Origin: Convolutriloba macropyga
Lineage: Eukaryota
Direction: 5' to 3'
DNA: 64,000 nt
NCBI RefSeq assembly: GCF_964194025.1
Contig: NC_134470.1
Location: forward strand, 23,064,001 to 23,128,000
Both the position numbers and the translations under genes were made by a program. The notes under the pieces are model-generated. The model searched no databases and was not told the DNA's origin. It worked only from the letters and a program-made list of their open reading frames with translations. Positions 52,690 through 64,000 of the stretch are shown one piece after another (the stretch's first letter is position 1; each line of letters starts with the position of its first letter).

Positions 52690-55600
52690 TACCTATGCAC
52701 TAAGTTATCGGACTTGGACAACATTCTTGGTAATAACCTCTTTTATTTTTTGCAGTTTCCACGAGAGGATCAGATTTGTTTCGTATAAAGTTTTTCAAAT
52801 ACTTGTAAAGTACTTCAAACAGCCAATCTTGGAAATTAAAATTTCCATAGTCTTTCCACAGGAATAGAAAAAACACCCAGTGATGTTTTCATTTGTGCTG
52901 GTAGATAGTAACCCTCTAATTGAAGAAAGTACCCCCGAAGAACAGCTTTGCAGTGGTTCTCTGGACTTTGGAGTTTTCGTGGAAGCCAAAACGCAGCTCA
53001 CAGCCTTCTAGATAACTCAATTGTAACGTTGGTTTTGCCCGTTACCTTGAGGGTAGTACGGCGACGTACGGGATTTCTGGGCAAGTTTTCTTTCTGACTG
53101 CTTTGGCAATTCTTCGTTCTGAGCAGAAATTTTTGAATTCCTGCTACTCTAGTTGTCCTCCAAGATCAAAGTGGATAAACCCTGGATTGCCAATTATATC
53201 ATATGAATGCAGGAGGACCCTAAAAATAATGGATTTGGCTGCACTATTTTTAATGTTGAAGGCAAAAGGACATCGTCTCAATTAGTTTATAACGGTGAGA
53301 AAATAGACGTTAGCAGAATTCTAGTACAAAATCTTGGGAGAAACTAGATCACTGCATGTCCTCTCAAACGGTTTCAAGGCATTAAAAAATTGACCAGGCC
53401 GGCTCGGCTTGTGAATTTTAGATTTTAATTGCCGTCAGGTGTCGCTTGTGGCAATGACTTGCTGAACGTCAACTCGAGAGTGTGAGGTTGGTTCATAGAA
53501 TTATTGTAGTGCCTAAATCCAGTCACTCCTGGATATGCTAACTTATCCTAGAGTGAAAATAACGAAAATTTGTTCTTCGTCTTTACGTGGGCAATCCTCC
53601 AGAGAGCGTCAGCTGCTATACTTTTTGTTTTCAGGTCTGTATTTAATACTATAGCGACACTCAGCAAGCTCGATTCTCCAGCGGATGAGCTTCTCATTTT
53701 TCATTTTTCAATTTTGCTGTGAAAATATAAATGCGATGCTCTTTTGTATATCGGAACAATTTTTAAAGATTCAATAATGGCTAAAGCCTCTTTTTCCACA
53801 GAGAATGATTTAGCTCCTACTGCGATAATGTTCGCTAAAATTATGCTACTAGTCTACTATTTTGATATAATGATGAACCAATGGCGTACCCAGAGGCGTC
53901 GGTTTCCGGAAGCCAATGTCCAGCATCTGTGCGGGGTAAGGTTAAACAAGCATCAGGGAATTTTGACTTGATTTTGTTGATACGATTAATGACATTGGAA
54001 CTCAACAGAAAGCGTCCTTTGTTTTGAGTTTCTATGATCGGCTGAACTTTGCTTGAGTAATGCCGGACCCATTTTTCATTGCACTCGAAAAATTCAATTA
54101 ACCTTCGTAAGGTTTTCGATTTACCTGGAGCCAGACACTCCTTCAGGGACCTCAATCTCTCATAGTTTTGGTCGCTTAAAACTTGCTAAGACAATGTGAC
54201 CTAGCATAGACGTTTCCTTTGGACAGAATTGACAATTGTCCATATTTAAGATGATTCCTTCTTTTTCGGCAGCAAGAAAAAAATAAATGTACTTGTCAGG
54301 CTCTTCTTTAGAGTATCCGCCATTTATTGTATCGCCAAGGTATGGGTATGTTCTTTCTTTTGGTCAACGAAATTATCTATAATTCTCTGAAAGGCAGGTA
54401 CCGCCTTAGATACCCCAAAAGAGGACGATTATATTCGTGAACTTTTATCCCAAATTCAAAAACTTTAAACTGCTCATCTTTTTTTAATGGTACCTGATGA
54501 TAAGCGCACCATAAGTCAAAAATAGATTCCCAGAAGCGTTGTTAAGCAGTTCTTTCATATTCCCAAACGAGTACGCATCAAATCTGGTGAATAAGTTGAC
54601 TGTCATGGAGTAGTCAATTAACAAGCTTCGTTCTTGGTCTTTTACAACATACTCCTGAGCTCGCCGTGGAGATGTTGTGTAACGAACTATTCATTTTTTA
54701 GCAAAGTTTTTAACGTTCATGTTATGCTCTTCTTTGGATCGTCCGCCAATTATTACATCGTCAAGGTAAGGGTACGTCCGTTCTAGCATATTTTGGTCAA
54801 CAAAGACGTCTATATTTTTCTGAAACGCAATTACCGCAATACTTACCCCAAAAATATGACAATTAAATTTGTGAAATTTTACCTGAATTTCACAGGCTGT
54901 GAACTGTTTATCTTCTTCTTTCATTGGTGCCTGATGATAGGCGCGGTTTATGTCAACCTTCGGAAAAAACTGATTCTCAGAAACTTTTGTTTAGCAGCTC
55001 TTTCATATTTGGAAACGGGCACGCATCAAAGCTGGAGAATAAATTGACTGTGATGGAGTAGTCGATTACCATGCGTTGTTTTTGGCCTTCTACAGCGAAA
55101 GCCTGAGCTCGCCATGGAGATGTTGTGTAACAAACTACTCATTTATTTAGCAGATCCTAAATTTCATTCTGCATACACTCAAAATCTTCTCTTTTTGAGA
55201 GTTAGAATTTTGTTTCGATGGGCTTAGCTTCATATAATTTGTCGGAAAATATCTTCCGTGGGTCAATAGCCATTGGTCTAAACTCGTTACCTTCAGCAAT
55301 AGCAGCCAAATCAGAACTGTCCAATTGAGCCTTTTTTCCACGAAATTTAATTAAATCTGTTTCATGATGTGAAAGTACATCCAGATCAATGACTGCACTA
55401 CAAAATAATTGACTAACAACAAAGAAGTCAGCGCGGTATAATAAACGTTATTCAAGCTCACTAAAGCACTACAAACTCCAGGAACAGGAAATTCTTATCC
55501 ATTCGTGAGACGAGATTTTGACTTCACTGGTTGAATTGGTAGTTGTAACTGCTCACATACATTAGCCACTATAAACAACTGAGTTGATTTGCGATCAATA

Positions 55601-55860
55601 AGCGCTCTAACAGGAAGAGATCTGCCTTCGCCAATAAAATATTATTCAACACCTGTTTTTTTTATTCTGGCCCCTGTGTATGATCTGAGAATTGTAACTT
55701 ATGAGAATCTTCCGTAATTCCATTGATTGCTAGACTACCAACAAAGCATTGCTTCCGCCAAGATCATTGCTCTTGGGTTGGCTGTGCCGGAAACGGAATT
55801 TCATGACAGATGTTGAAGAAAATTGTCGTTTTGCTCTGATGAAATACTGTTTATTGCAAA
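52690..55860 (-). mobile_element. Decayed Ty3/gypsy LTR retrotransposon internal region (PR-RT-RNaseH-IN)
   Basis: PR: VRALIDRKSTQLFI (~55600). RT: AYHQ..EEDKQFTA..FGV..AFQ..YPYLDDVIIGGRSKEEH (54691-54950). RNase H: ETDASGYAIG (53841-54155). IN: PGFIHFDLGGQLE*QEFKNFC and VLSSIRGLLSTSTNE (52800-53250). Domain order is that of Ty3/gypsy. Confidence 0.92.
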
Positions 55861-55878
55861 AATTTTTTCAACATCTGA

Positions 55879-55910
55879 CACACAAACACACACACACACA
55901 CATTTATATA

Positions 55911-55959
<49 letters not shown>
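55879..55959. repeat. (CA)n + (TA)n compound microsatellite
   Basis: Direct reading. Confidence 0.98.
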
Positions 55960-55961
<2 letters not shown>

Positions 55962-55977
55962 TTATATGGAAAAAGTG

Positions 55978-56820
55978 ATTACGGTACCAAATAAACTACT
56001 CGTTTATCATTACACAGAGTTTTGATCATAAATTTTCCGTGTGCTGGTATTTCTAAAACCGTGGCAAAACGTCCCTACTACGATATTTTTTTATATTGGA
56101 TTGGCGCACAGCTACGGAAATCCAAGACAAATTTCGTATCGCTCGGGCTCTTGTACCACTCAAAAAAATTTCTTCACAGCTATATACAATGATTTTCATT
56201 ATTAAAAAGGCTAAAATATTTTTTCTTCTGTCCTCTTCATTTTGAACTCCAATTTCCTATAAATGGTGTCAACTTTTCTGAACAAACTGTGAGGTTCGCC
56301 ACTTGCAGTTTAAATTGTATCGAATAGAAATCTTTCGAATAATTGTTTTTCAGTTTCTGGTTCTCTATCCAGTTTGCAATTTAGTAGAAAATAGTGCAAG
56401 ACCGAAATATGTTCCATTTTAGCCTAAAGTTGATTATCAAAATTCTGGCGTTTTGCTTGAAATCTATGTAGACATTTTCTTATATTCGACTCCCTATATT
56501 CGACAACTTTCTTCTCTAGGTGACTACGGTTGCCTTCAGGGCGGGCCTCATGGTCAATTTTAAGGAACTTACTGACAATTACATTCGTTGACTTGATCTG
56601 AAGTTCAAATGATTTCATAGTCGAGTGATTTCAATCTTAGGTATGTTTGAAACACTTTGATGTAAAACTTTTTTAAAGTTGCCCCAAAAAAGAATAATAA
56701 AGCCTGCAAGTATTACAAATGTATAAAGAAGAACAAAAAGGAAGAAAGAATAATTGTTGCTGGGAAGCAACGTTTTGTCCGCTAAGCTATGCGTGCACTC
56801 TTGAAGCCGGCTCATCACCT
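55978..56820 (-). mobile_element. Penelope-like RT fragment (copy 1 of PLE/gypsy chimeric unit)
   Basis: MKSFELQIKST..HRFQAKRQNFDNQ..QLFERF..WYKSPSDTKFVLDFRSCAPIQYKK. Confidence 0.85.
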
Positions 56821-57662
56821 TCAAAGCTGAGAAATAAACTGACTGTCATGGAGTAGTCGATTACCATGCGTCTTTTTTGGCCTTTTACAGCGAAAGCCTG
56901 AGCTCGCCATGGAGATTTTGTGTAACGAACGAATCATTTCTTTAGCAGATCCTAAACTTTATTCTGCAAAAACTCAGAATTTCCTTTGTTTGAGAGTCTG
57001 AATTTTGTTGCGATGGGCTTAGTTTTATAACTTTGTCGGAAATTATATTCTGTGGGTCAATAACATCTGGTCTAAACTCGTTACTTTCAGCAATAGCAGC
57101 CAAATGAGAGACGTTGAAATGAGTTTTTTTCCACCAAAACTAAGTAAATCTGTTTCATGTTGTGTGACTGCATCCAAGTCTATGAAAACACAATAAAAAA
57201 GGTGATTAATTACAGAGAAGTGATCGGTATAATAAATGTTATTCATGCTCAATAAAACACTATGAACTCCAAGAACAGGAATTTCTTATCCATTCGTGAG
57301 ACGAGATTTTGACTTCACTGGTTGCATTGGTAGTTGTAAGTGCTCACATACATTAGCCGTTATAAACTAATGAGTGGAGTCGGGATCAATCAGCTCTCTA
57401 AGAGGAAGAGATCAGTCATGGCTAATAAAAAATTTTATTCAATATCTGTTTTTTTATTATGGCCCCTGCGTATGCTGAGAATTGTCAACTTATGTGAGTC
57501 TTCCGTAATTCCATTGATTGTTGGACTACCAACAAAGCATTGCTTCCGCCAAGATCATTGCTCTTGGGTTGGCTGCGCCGGAAGATCAGGAGGTCGGAAT
57601 TTCATGACAGATGTCGAAGAAAATTGTCGTTTTGCTCAGATGAAATGATGTTTATTGCAAAA
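56820..57662 (-). mobile_element. Duplicated gypsy PR/RT-start fragment
   Basis: Clearly similar to 55030-55862 (e.g. GCGAAAGCCTGAGCTCGCCATGGAGA, CATTCGTGAGACGAGATTTTGACTTCACTGG). Confidence 0.9.
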
Positions 57663-57796
57663 NNNNNNNNNNNNNNNNNNNNNNNNNNNNNNNNNNNNNN
57701 NNNNNNNNNNNNNNNNNNNNNNNNNNNNNNNNNNNNNNNNNNNNNNNNNNNNNNNNNNNNNNNNNNNNNNNNNNNNNNNNNNNNNNNNNNNNNNNN
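57663..57796. other. Assembly gap (134 N)
   Basis: Run of N. Confidence 1.
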
Positions 57797-58760
57797 TTAC
57801 GGTACCAAATAAACTACTCGTTTATCATTACACAGAGTTTTAATCAAAAATTTTCCGTGTGCTGGTGTTTCTGAAATCGTGGCAAAAAGTCCCTACTACG
57901 ATATTTTTTTATGTTGGATTGGCGCACAGCTACGGAAATCCAAGACAAATCTCGTATCGCTCGGGCTCTTGTACCACTCAAAGATAATTTGTTCACAGCT
58001 ATATACAATGATTTTCATTATTAAAAAGCAAAATTATTTTTTCTTCTGTCCTCTTCATTTTGAACTCCAATTTCCTATAAATGGTGTCAACTTTTCTGAA
58101 CAAACTGTGAGTTTCACCACTTGCAGTTTAAATTGTATCGACTAGAAATCTTTCGAATAATTGTTTTTCAGTTTCTGGTTCTCTATCCAGTTTGCAATTT
58201 AGTAGAAAATAGTGCAAGACCGAAATATGTTCCATTTTAGCCTAAAGTTGATTATCAAAATTCTGGCGTTTTGCTTGAAATCTATGTAGACATTTTCTTA
58301 TATTCGACTCCCTATATTCGACAACTTTCTTCTCTAGGTGACTACGGTTGACTTCAGGGCGGGCCTTATGGTCAATTTTAAGGAACTTACTGACAATTAC
58401 ATTCGTTGACTTGATCTGAAGTTCAAATGATTTCATACGTTCAAATGTTTGCCAGAGTTACTTCAGGTGATGCTCCCACTGCTAACCCATCTACTTGACA
58501 AGGCCATTTGTTATTGCATTTAAAATAGACATTTGTCACAGCGAGCTTCAAGAGGAATTTCATAGTTGAGTAATTTCAAACCAATGTTTGAAACATTTTG
58601 ATGTAAAAAATTTTAAAGTTGCCCTGAAAGGCAATAATGAAGCCTACAAGTATTACGAATGTATGAAGAAGAACAAATAGGAACAAATATTAATTTGCTA
58701 AGAAAGCACCGTTTTGTCCGCTAATCTATGCGTGCACTGGTGGAGCTGGCTCATCAACTT
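57797..58760 (-). mobile_element. Penelope-like RT fragment (copy 2) retaining RT motif 4
   Basis: STMKFLLKLAVTNVYFKCNNKWPCQVDGLAVGASPEVTLANI, then MKSFE.., Cys/His relic, then QLFERFLVDTI. Confidence 0.88.
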
Positions 58761-59045
58761 CAAAGCTGAGAAATAAACTAACTGTCATGGAGTAGTCGAT
58801 TACCATGCGCCGTTTTTGGCCTACTACAGCGAAAGCCTGAGCTCGCCATGGAGATGTTGTGTAACAAACTACTCATTTCTTGAGCAGATCCTAAATTTCA
58901 TTATGCATAAACTCAAAATCTTCTCTTTTTGAGAGTCAGAATTTTGTTTCGATGGGCTTAGCTTCATATACTTTGTCGGAAAATATCTTCTGTGGGTCAA
59001 TAATCATTGGTCTAAACTCGTTACTTTCAGCAATAGCAGCCAAAT
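58760..59045 (-). mobile_element. Third copy of gypsy RT-start fragment
   Basis: Matches 55030-55310 and 56825-57105. Confidence 0.88.
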
Positions 59046-60200
59046 CAAAGCAACTTCAAAAGCGCTGAAACTACTGGCATCGAAGCTCTGCGCAAAATGA
59101 GGACAGGTACCTGACATCATGTTTTATCTAAGAGCATGTCAGCTTCCTAAAGAGCTCCTTCCTCTACATCGAGGCTGTTGAACACTTAGTTGGGGCGAGA
59201 TTGTTGATGCTTCAATGCGATCTGTTGTTGAAGAAGGGAGGTTGTTTTTTTTATTCATCTACTTTGGCCTTTAGTTCTTTGTTTTCAATAGTTCTCTATA
59301 TAATAACTCTTGTTTGGTTCATCCCCCAACATAGACAATCTACTTATCGAACGTGAGAAAGCAATGAATGATGAGGTAATACGGAATTGAGTAAAAAATG
59401 CAACACAGCTTAAAACGACGGAAGACCGTTCGAGTGAATGCAACTGTTCGGTTCAGCTTTCCAGTGCTTTATCTGTATCGCCCCCTGAGACAGGTAAAGC
59501 AACATATAAGTTTATCTGAGCTAAAACAAAGCACAAGGAATCTAGCCTCCAACCGAAGAAAATAAATGTCTCTATTACCTGGAGAATACCTCACCTGATC
59601 CAGCTAATTAGTAGAGTGCATCAAGTGAGCTTATCGCTATGCATTTGAAGCGATATCACTTTGATTATCGAAGAACAACTTTTATGGTTACTGCACGCAC
59701 ATATGGTTTGGGTCCCATTAAAATGAGACCATTATGCACTTGCAATGAAAATTCCACGACGACACATTCCATCTATTGTAGGGTACACAGATCAATTTAT
59801 AACGAACTACGTAAGACTTTTGCGAATCTTATGAATGATATGTCATGCATATTGTCGAGATCGAACCTCGTATCCAGCCGTTGCTGGGGAAATGTGAGAT
59901 TGGACTTTTAAGCCATTGGTCTTTGGCAATGTAGATTTAGCAAGACCTACTTCGACGGGAAAATTTTCAACCTCCGCTATAAAGTTGTCATGGAATCAAT
60001 AGCAAATATCTTGAATCTACAAAGAAGAGCAAAAAAACTATTAATTGATACCGAGAAAGCCACTTTATTTGCATTTCTCTTCGAATGCACTGCCGGAGTA
60101 GACTCATCAGTTTCAAGGGTGTTAAAACAACTAGTCTCCAAGCTGTGCAAAACAAGTAAGAGAGCTAGGCTGTCAATGTGATCTGCCTGAGAACCAAAGT
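59045..60200 (+). mobile_element. CRE-like RLE non-LTR retrotransposon 3' fragments (two pieces)
   Basis: SKALKLLASKL..YLR..ASMRSVVEEGRL (C-terminus, 59045-59250). Then LKRYHFD..CTCNENSTTTHSIYC..YNELRKTFANL..RLDF*AIGLWQCRFSKTYFDGKIFN..EKATL..FECTAG..VLKQLVSKL (59640-60180). Confidence 0.8.
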
Positions 60201-62614
60201 CAGCAATATTTAAGGACAATAAGAAGGCGCAAAATTTTGTTACTTCAATTAGAGCTCATGTCTAAGAAGCTAGTCTATTTGTTTAACTCGTCTTCTAGTG
60301 TCTGTGTTAGATGTGCTGGTCATCCTTGTGCTTTGTTTGTTCTATATTCTGTTCCTTATCGATAGATTTGAAGATATGCTGAATGCCTTTTGAAGATGTA
60401 GGACACGGAGCAGCCAGTAATCATCTAGTGTTGGGGTGATTTAAACAAGCAGTGAATTCAACACTGCTTGTTTGAATTTAAAAAATCTAAACAAGCATTG
60501 AGCTCTGTCAGAAACGAGCAGTGAATTCAGCGCTAACTGAATCAAAGAAACCCTTCAATTTTTACTTCGGTTTTCTAAGAAGACGTCTCTTTGTTCAATT
60601 AATGAATCAGAGGGCCAACAATTTCTGTGCTATAGTTTCTGGGAAGCTAAAGTTGGTCAATCGCAAAAACAATTGCACTCTTACTTTTCTTACAATGCCC
60701 AAGTTTCGCCGATGTGCAAGACTTTTCTTACAATGCCCAAGTTTCGCCGATGTGCAAGAGTTTATCGTAACTACGCCTTTATTTGGTATGGGGCTTTATC
60801 GGCATAACGTATTTTGTTGGACCTGTTAAGATAACGCCTTAGAATCGTTCAAATTGTATTGGTTTCCTGAAGTTATTTGTTATTCCCTTGGCTTCAAAGA
60901 ATAGTGATTTGTGTCTAAGTGTCTCTAACTTTTTAGACAGAGATGAGGTGAACTGCAATGGCCTGCTGTACAGCTCGGTGCACGCTTGTTTCAATATGCA
61001 TTTTCCAGCTGGTATGTAGGAGCACTTATCAACGGAATGCTTGAATTTGATTTATTAATAGCCACATAGCGATAGCTGGGGCTATTATTGTCCGTCACTT
61101 GGTTTTTTGGAATTTGAGGTGTATTGGGGCGCTGTCTCTTTTTAAGACTCGAAGAGGCTTTTTATGGTTTTCTTTTTTGATAAGCGAGCGAGCAAGAAAA
61201 CCGGAAGTTCAAGAAGTGAATAAAGTTTGGTAAAGTTGTTTCATTAACAATTTTGAAGAGCAAATAAAGTTTGGTAAAGTTGTTTCATTAACAATTTTGA
61301 AGAGCGAAGAAAAGACTTTGTTTGGTTGAAACAGAGCGAGAAATTTAGGTGTAATAAAATTTTCGCTAACTGAGCAAGTTTTTTGTCTACGTGCGGCTTT
61401 TTCAAGCTGTTTTGTTTTTAAAATTTCTCAGGTTTCTTCTGTAATTCTCAGGTTTTAAGGCTATTATACCGATTTTTAGCCCACTATTGTATTCTTATGA
61501 TTTAACTTGTAACTGAATATAAGTTTACTGCTCATGGGCAGTTGCATTGCAAATTAAATACAGGTTTTTTTGGATTACGCAATTTTTTTTTTTTGAATTT
61601 TGTCAAAAAATAGTTGAAATTTTTACAGTTTCAGCTTTATTCCTAACTTACAGGCGTTTTTGTGCATATTTTGACTTGGCCGATTTTTTGTGAGCAATGA
61701 CGTTGTCTCGATTGCTTAGAATATTCGTTTCCTTTTGTTTTTGTACTTGTACAAATTGAGAACGTACTTGAATTTTCGTATTTGTTCAAATTACATTTGA
61801 ATTAACTTTTACTTCAATTGAGATAGTCTATTATGTTCTCCGAAGCTCACTTTCTTCAGAAACTAGTTATTCGTCCGGTTATGTTTTTAAGATCTGTTTA
61901 CACATTTTCATGATTTTTGAAGATAATTGAAGCGATGATTTTGATCACGCCGAAACAGGAAGTGGAGCGAAAATGCGAGTGGTTTTGCAACTCAATATTT
62001 TTTCAATCTAAGATTTGAGTAGAGCCGTAAAACGGTATATGGACAAAAATTCATTTTCAAGCTAGTGGTTTTTTGTTCTAATGCGGCATCGTCGCTTTGA
62101 TTTTTACTGTTTCGATTTTTTTTATTAATAGCCACCGTCAGCGTTTCAGCGGCTTTCTCCTTTAAAATTTGTTTTACCTTTTGATCACGTTTTTCGTATT
62201 ACATAAGTCATGATGTTCACGCTTGACTTCTGACTTATTTCACTCCGTTTCAACTGAGTGGCATTTAAATTCTTTCACGTATTAATTACGTAACGTATTG
62301 AATACTGTCAACGTCAAAAGAGCAAAATCAGAAGAACGAGATTTGTTTGGTCATTAAAAATACTGCAATTCTCCTCCTGCTGCGTTTTTTAGTTGCTCTC
62401 GGAAGAGGTTCGTAACAATTACTGTAAGCGTGTTGGTCTTTTTTATGCAAATTTTTTACTTGACCGTTTTTGTGCATCTCTTCTAGAACATTCTTTGACT
62501 TCTCAATGTGCTTTTTCATGCCTTCGCTCGTCATTTTTGAGTGAGTTGTTTTGCGCTCACTCCGAAGTAAAGCTTTTTTCTAAAATAAAATTGATTGCAG
62601 CAAATCAACAAGAA

Positions 62615-62760
62615 GGGTCTGATAGCCGAGTGGGCAGGGCTTCTGGTGAGGGATCGGGACGTCCATGGTTCGGATCCCGGCATGATTAACTATTTATGCA
62701 CGCAAAAATATTTCTAGGCTACAGCCCCTGAATTTAATTGCCTCGCTTGTCGTTCGAGAG
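62615..62760 (+). mobile_element. tRNA-derived SINE head or tRNA pseudogene
   Basis: Pol III A-box TAGCCGAGTGG (62623-62633) and B-box-like GGTTCGGATCCC (62667-62678) at tRNA spacing; no clean cloverleaf or acceptor stem. Confidence 0.6.
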
Positions 62761-64000
62761 CAATTCTTCCGACAGTAGGTTTGTTTTATTTCGTCGTCAA
62801 GATTTTTGTTCCGACTAAATGATGTCACAACCACTTAAGTCTGCTTTTTGTTCATGCAATTTCAATTGAAGTGCGTGCGGGACGTCGTTTTTTACTGTTA
62901 TTGGAACGGGTTTCTTTTTCATTCGCGTGATTAAGTTTTTGGTCGCGCGTGACTTACCTAGCTATCAAAAAAGACTTCCTGACTCTAAAACTGACTTTTC
63001 TTTACTTTAATTCAAAGAGATACGGTCAAGTGAGTGCCTATCGCTCTAATTGAAGGTTATTTGAGAGCAGCTAATAGAAGCAGCAACAACTTATACAGAT
63101 TCTTTATCAAAATATAACATCTCAGCATTTAGTAAGAATTTTTTGTTGTTTCTTTTACTGTCTTTTTGAGACTGCAGATCTACGAAGCTAGTACGGCTAT
63201 TTTCTGGCAATCTGCAAGCTATGTTATTTATTAATATCAAAGTAACCTGAACATTTAGGTTTTTGTGCTGGAACGGACGGTTTTTGATGCCCTCGGTCAC
63301 ATGTATGGACTGGTCGTGGCAGATGGGTTCCAAATTCTTATGATCTTTGTTGGAGTTATTGGTACTTATTGCTACAAGCCGAAGTACCTTGTTCCGGTAA
63401 ACACATTGACCTGATCAACGAAATATCAAATGTCTAAAATCAAAATAACTTTGTTATAAGTAAACAATTTTTCTGTTATAGTATGGGACCATGCAGTTTC
63501 TTTGGCTTGGATGGAACGCATATCTCATCTGCTATTATCTTGAGGCTGGGATGCTTCAGAGAGTAAGTAGCTAGGTGTATTTGCTCTTTTGCAATGTTTG
63601 ATAGATGAATTTGTCCGGGAGCCTTTGAAGAAGGGAGGATGTTAGTGTAACTTTGAGCCTTGTTGTTCCTTAATTTAGATGTTAATCAAATCAGCAAAGG
63701 TTTCTTAAAATAATCACTCAAATGATTTTTATAGTGTACAATATGGTCCTAGCATATTGACTGTATGCATAAATTGTTTGTTGTTTAGAAAGAAATGTGG
63801 GCGTGGCCCCTGACTTTGTCCTTTGACTCGCAAGACTATTTTGATCAGAAACTGCTCACCTGCAACACAACCTCTCCCACTGCTTCTGCCGCTGTTAACG
63901 GCGGTGAACAGATTGGATATACGATAGACTCCTCTGATCCAACGAAACCAGACCCAGTTCAGATGTACCACCTCTTGATGTACAGAGACCCTAATTGTCT

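Overview
AT-rich eukaryotic (animal-type, probably invertebrate) repeat-dense DNA with no intact protein-coding gene. Nearly all ORFs in the track are by-products of repeats or of decayed transposon frames. From left to right: a decayed CR1/L2-type LINE (1-1.4 kb); three non-autonomous DNA transposons with CCC...GGG ends, 2-bp target duplications and a shared 13-bp terminus (2.5-6.5 kb, EnSpm/CACTA-like); a ~33-kb modular degenerate tandem array of an unidentified sequence (5.4-38.2 kb), one module of which has expanded into a ~573-bp satellite (22.5-27.6 kb); LINE and CRE-like (RLE) retrotransposon relics (38-41 kb, 59-60 kb); a 2.1-kb tandem duplication of a LINE fragment; a Penelope-like element (PLE) cluster forming a 1.2-kb tandem array (46-52.7 kb); a decayed Ty3/gypsy element (52.7-55.9 kb); a duplicated PLE/gypsy chimera spanning a 134-N gap; and a tRNA-derived SINE-like head (62.6 kb). 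The most notable signal is that the PLE relics consistently place a PHD-finger-like Cys/His domain inside the reverse transcriptase, between RT motif 4 (GLAxGAS..LANI) and the catalytic (Y/F)VDD motif. All protein motifs were read by manual translation of degraded frames, and coordinates of decayed elements are approximate.
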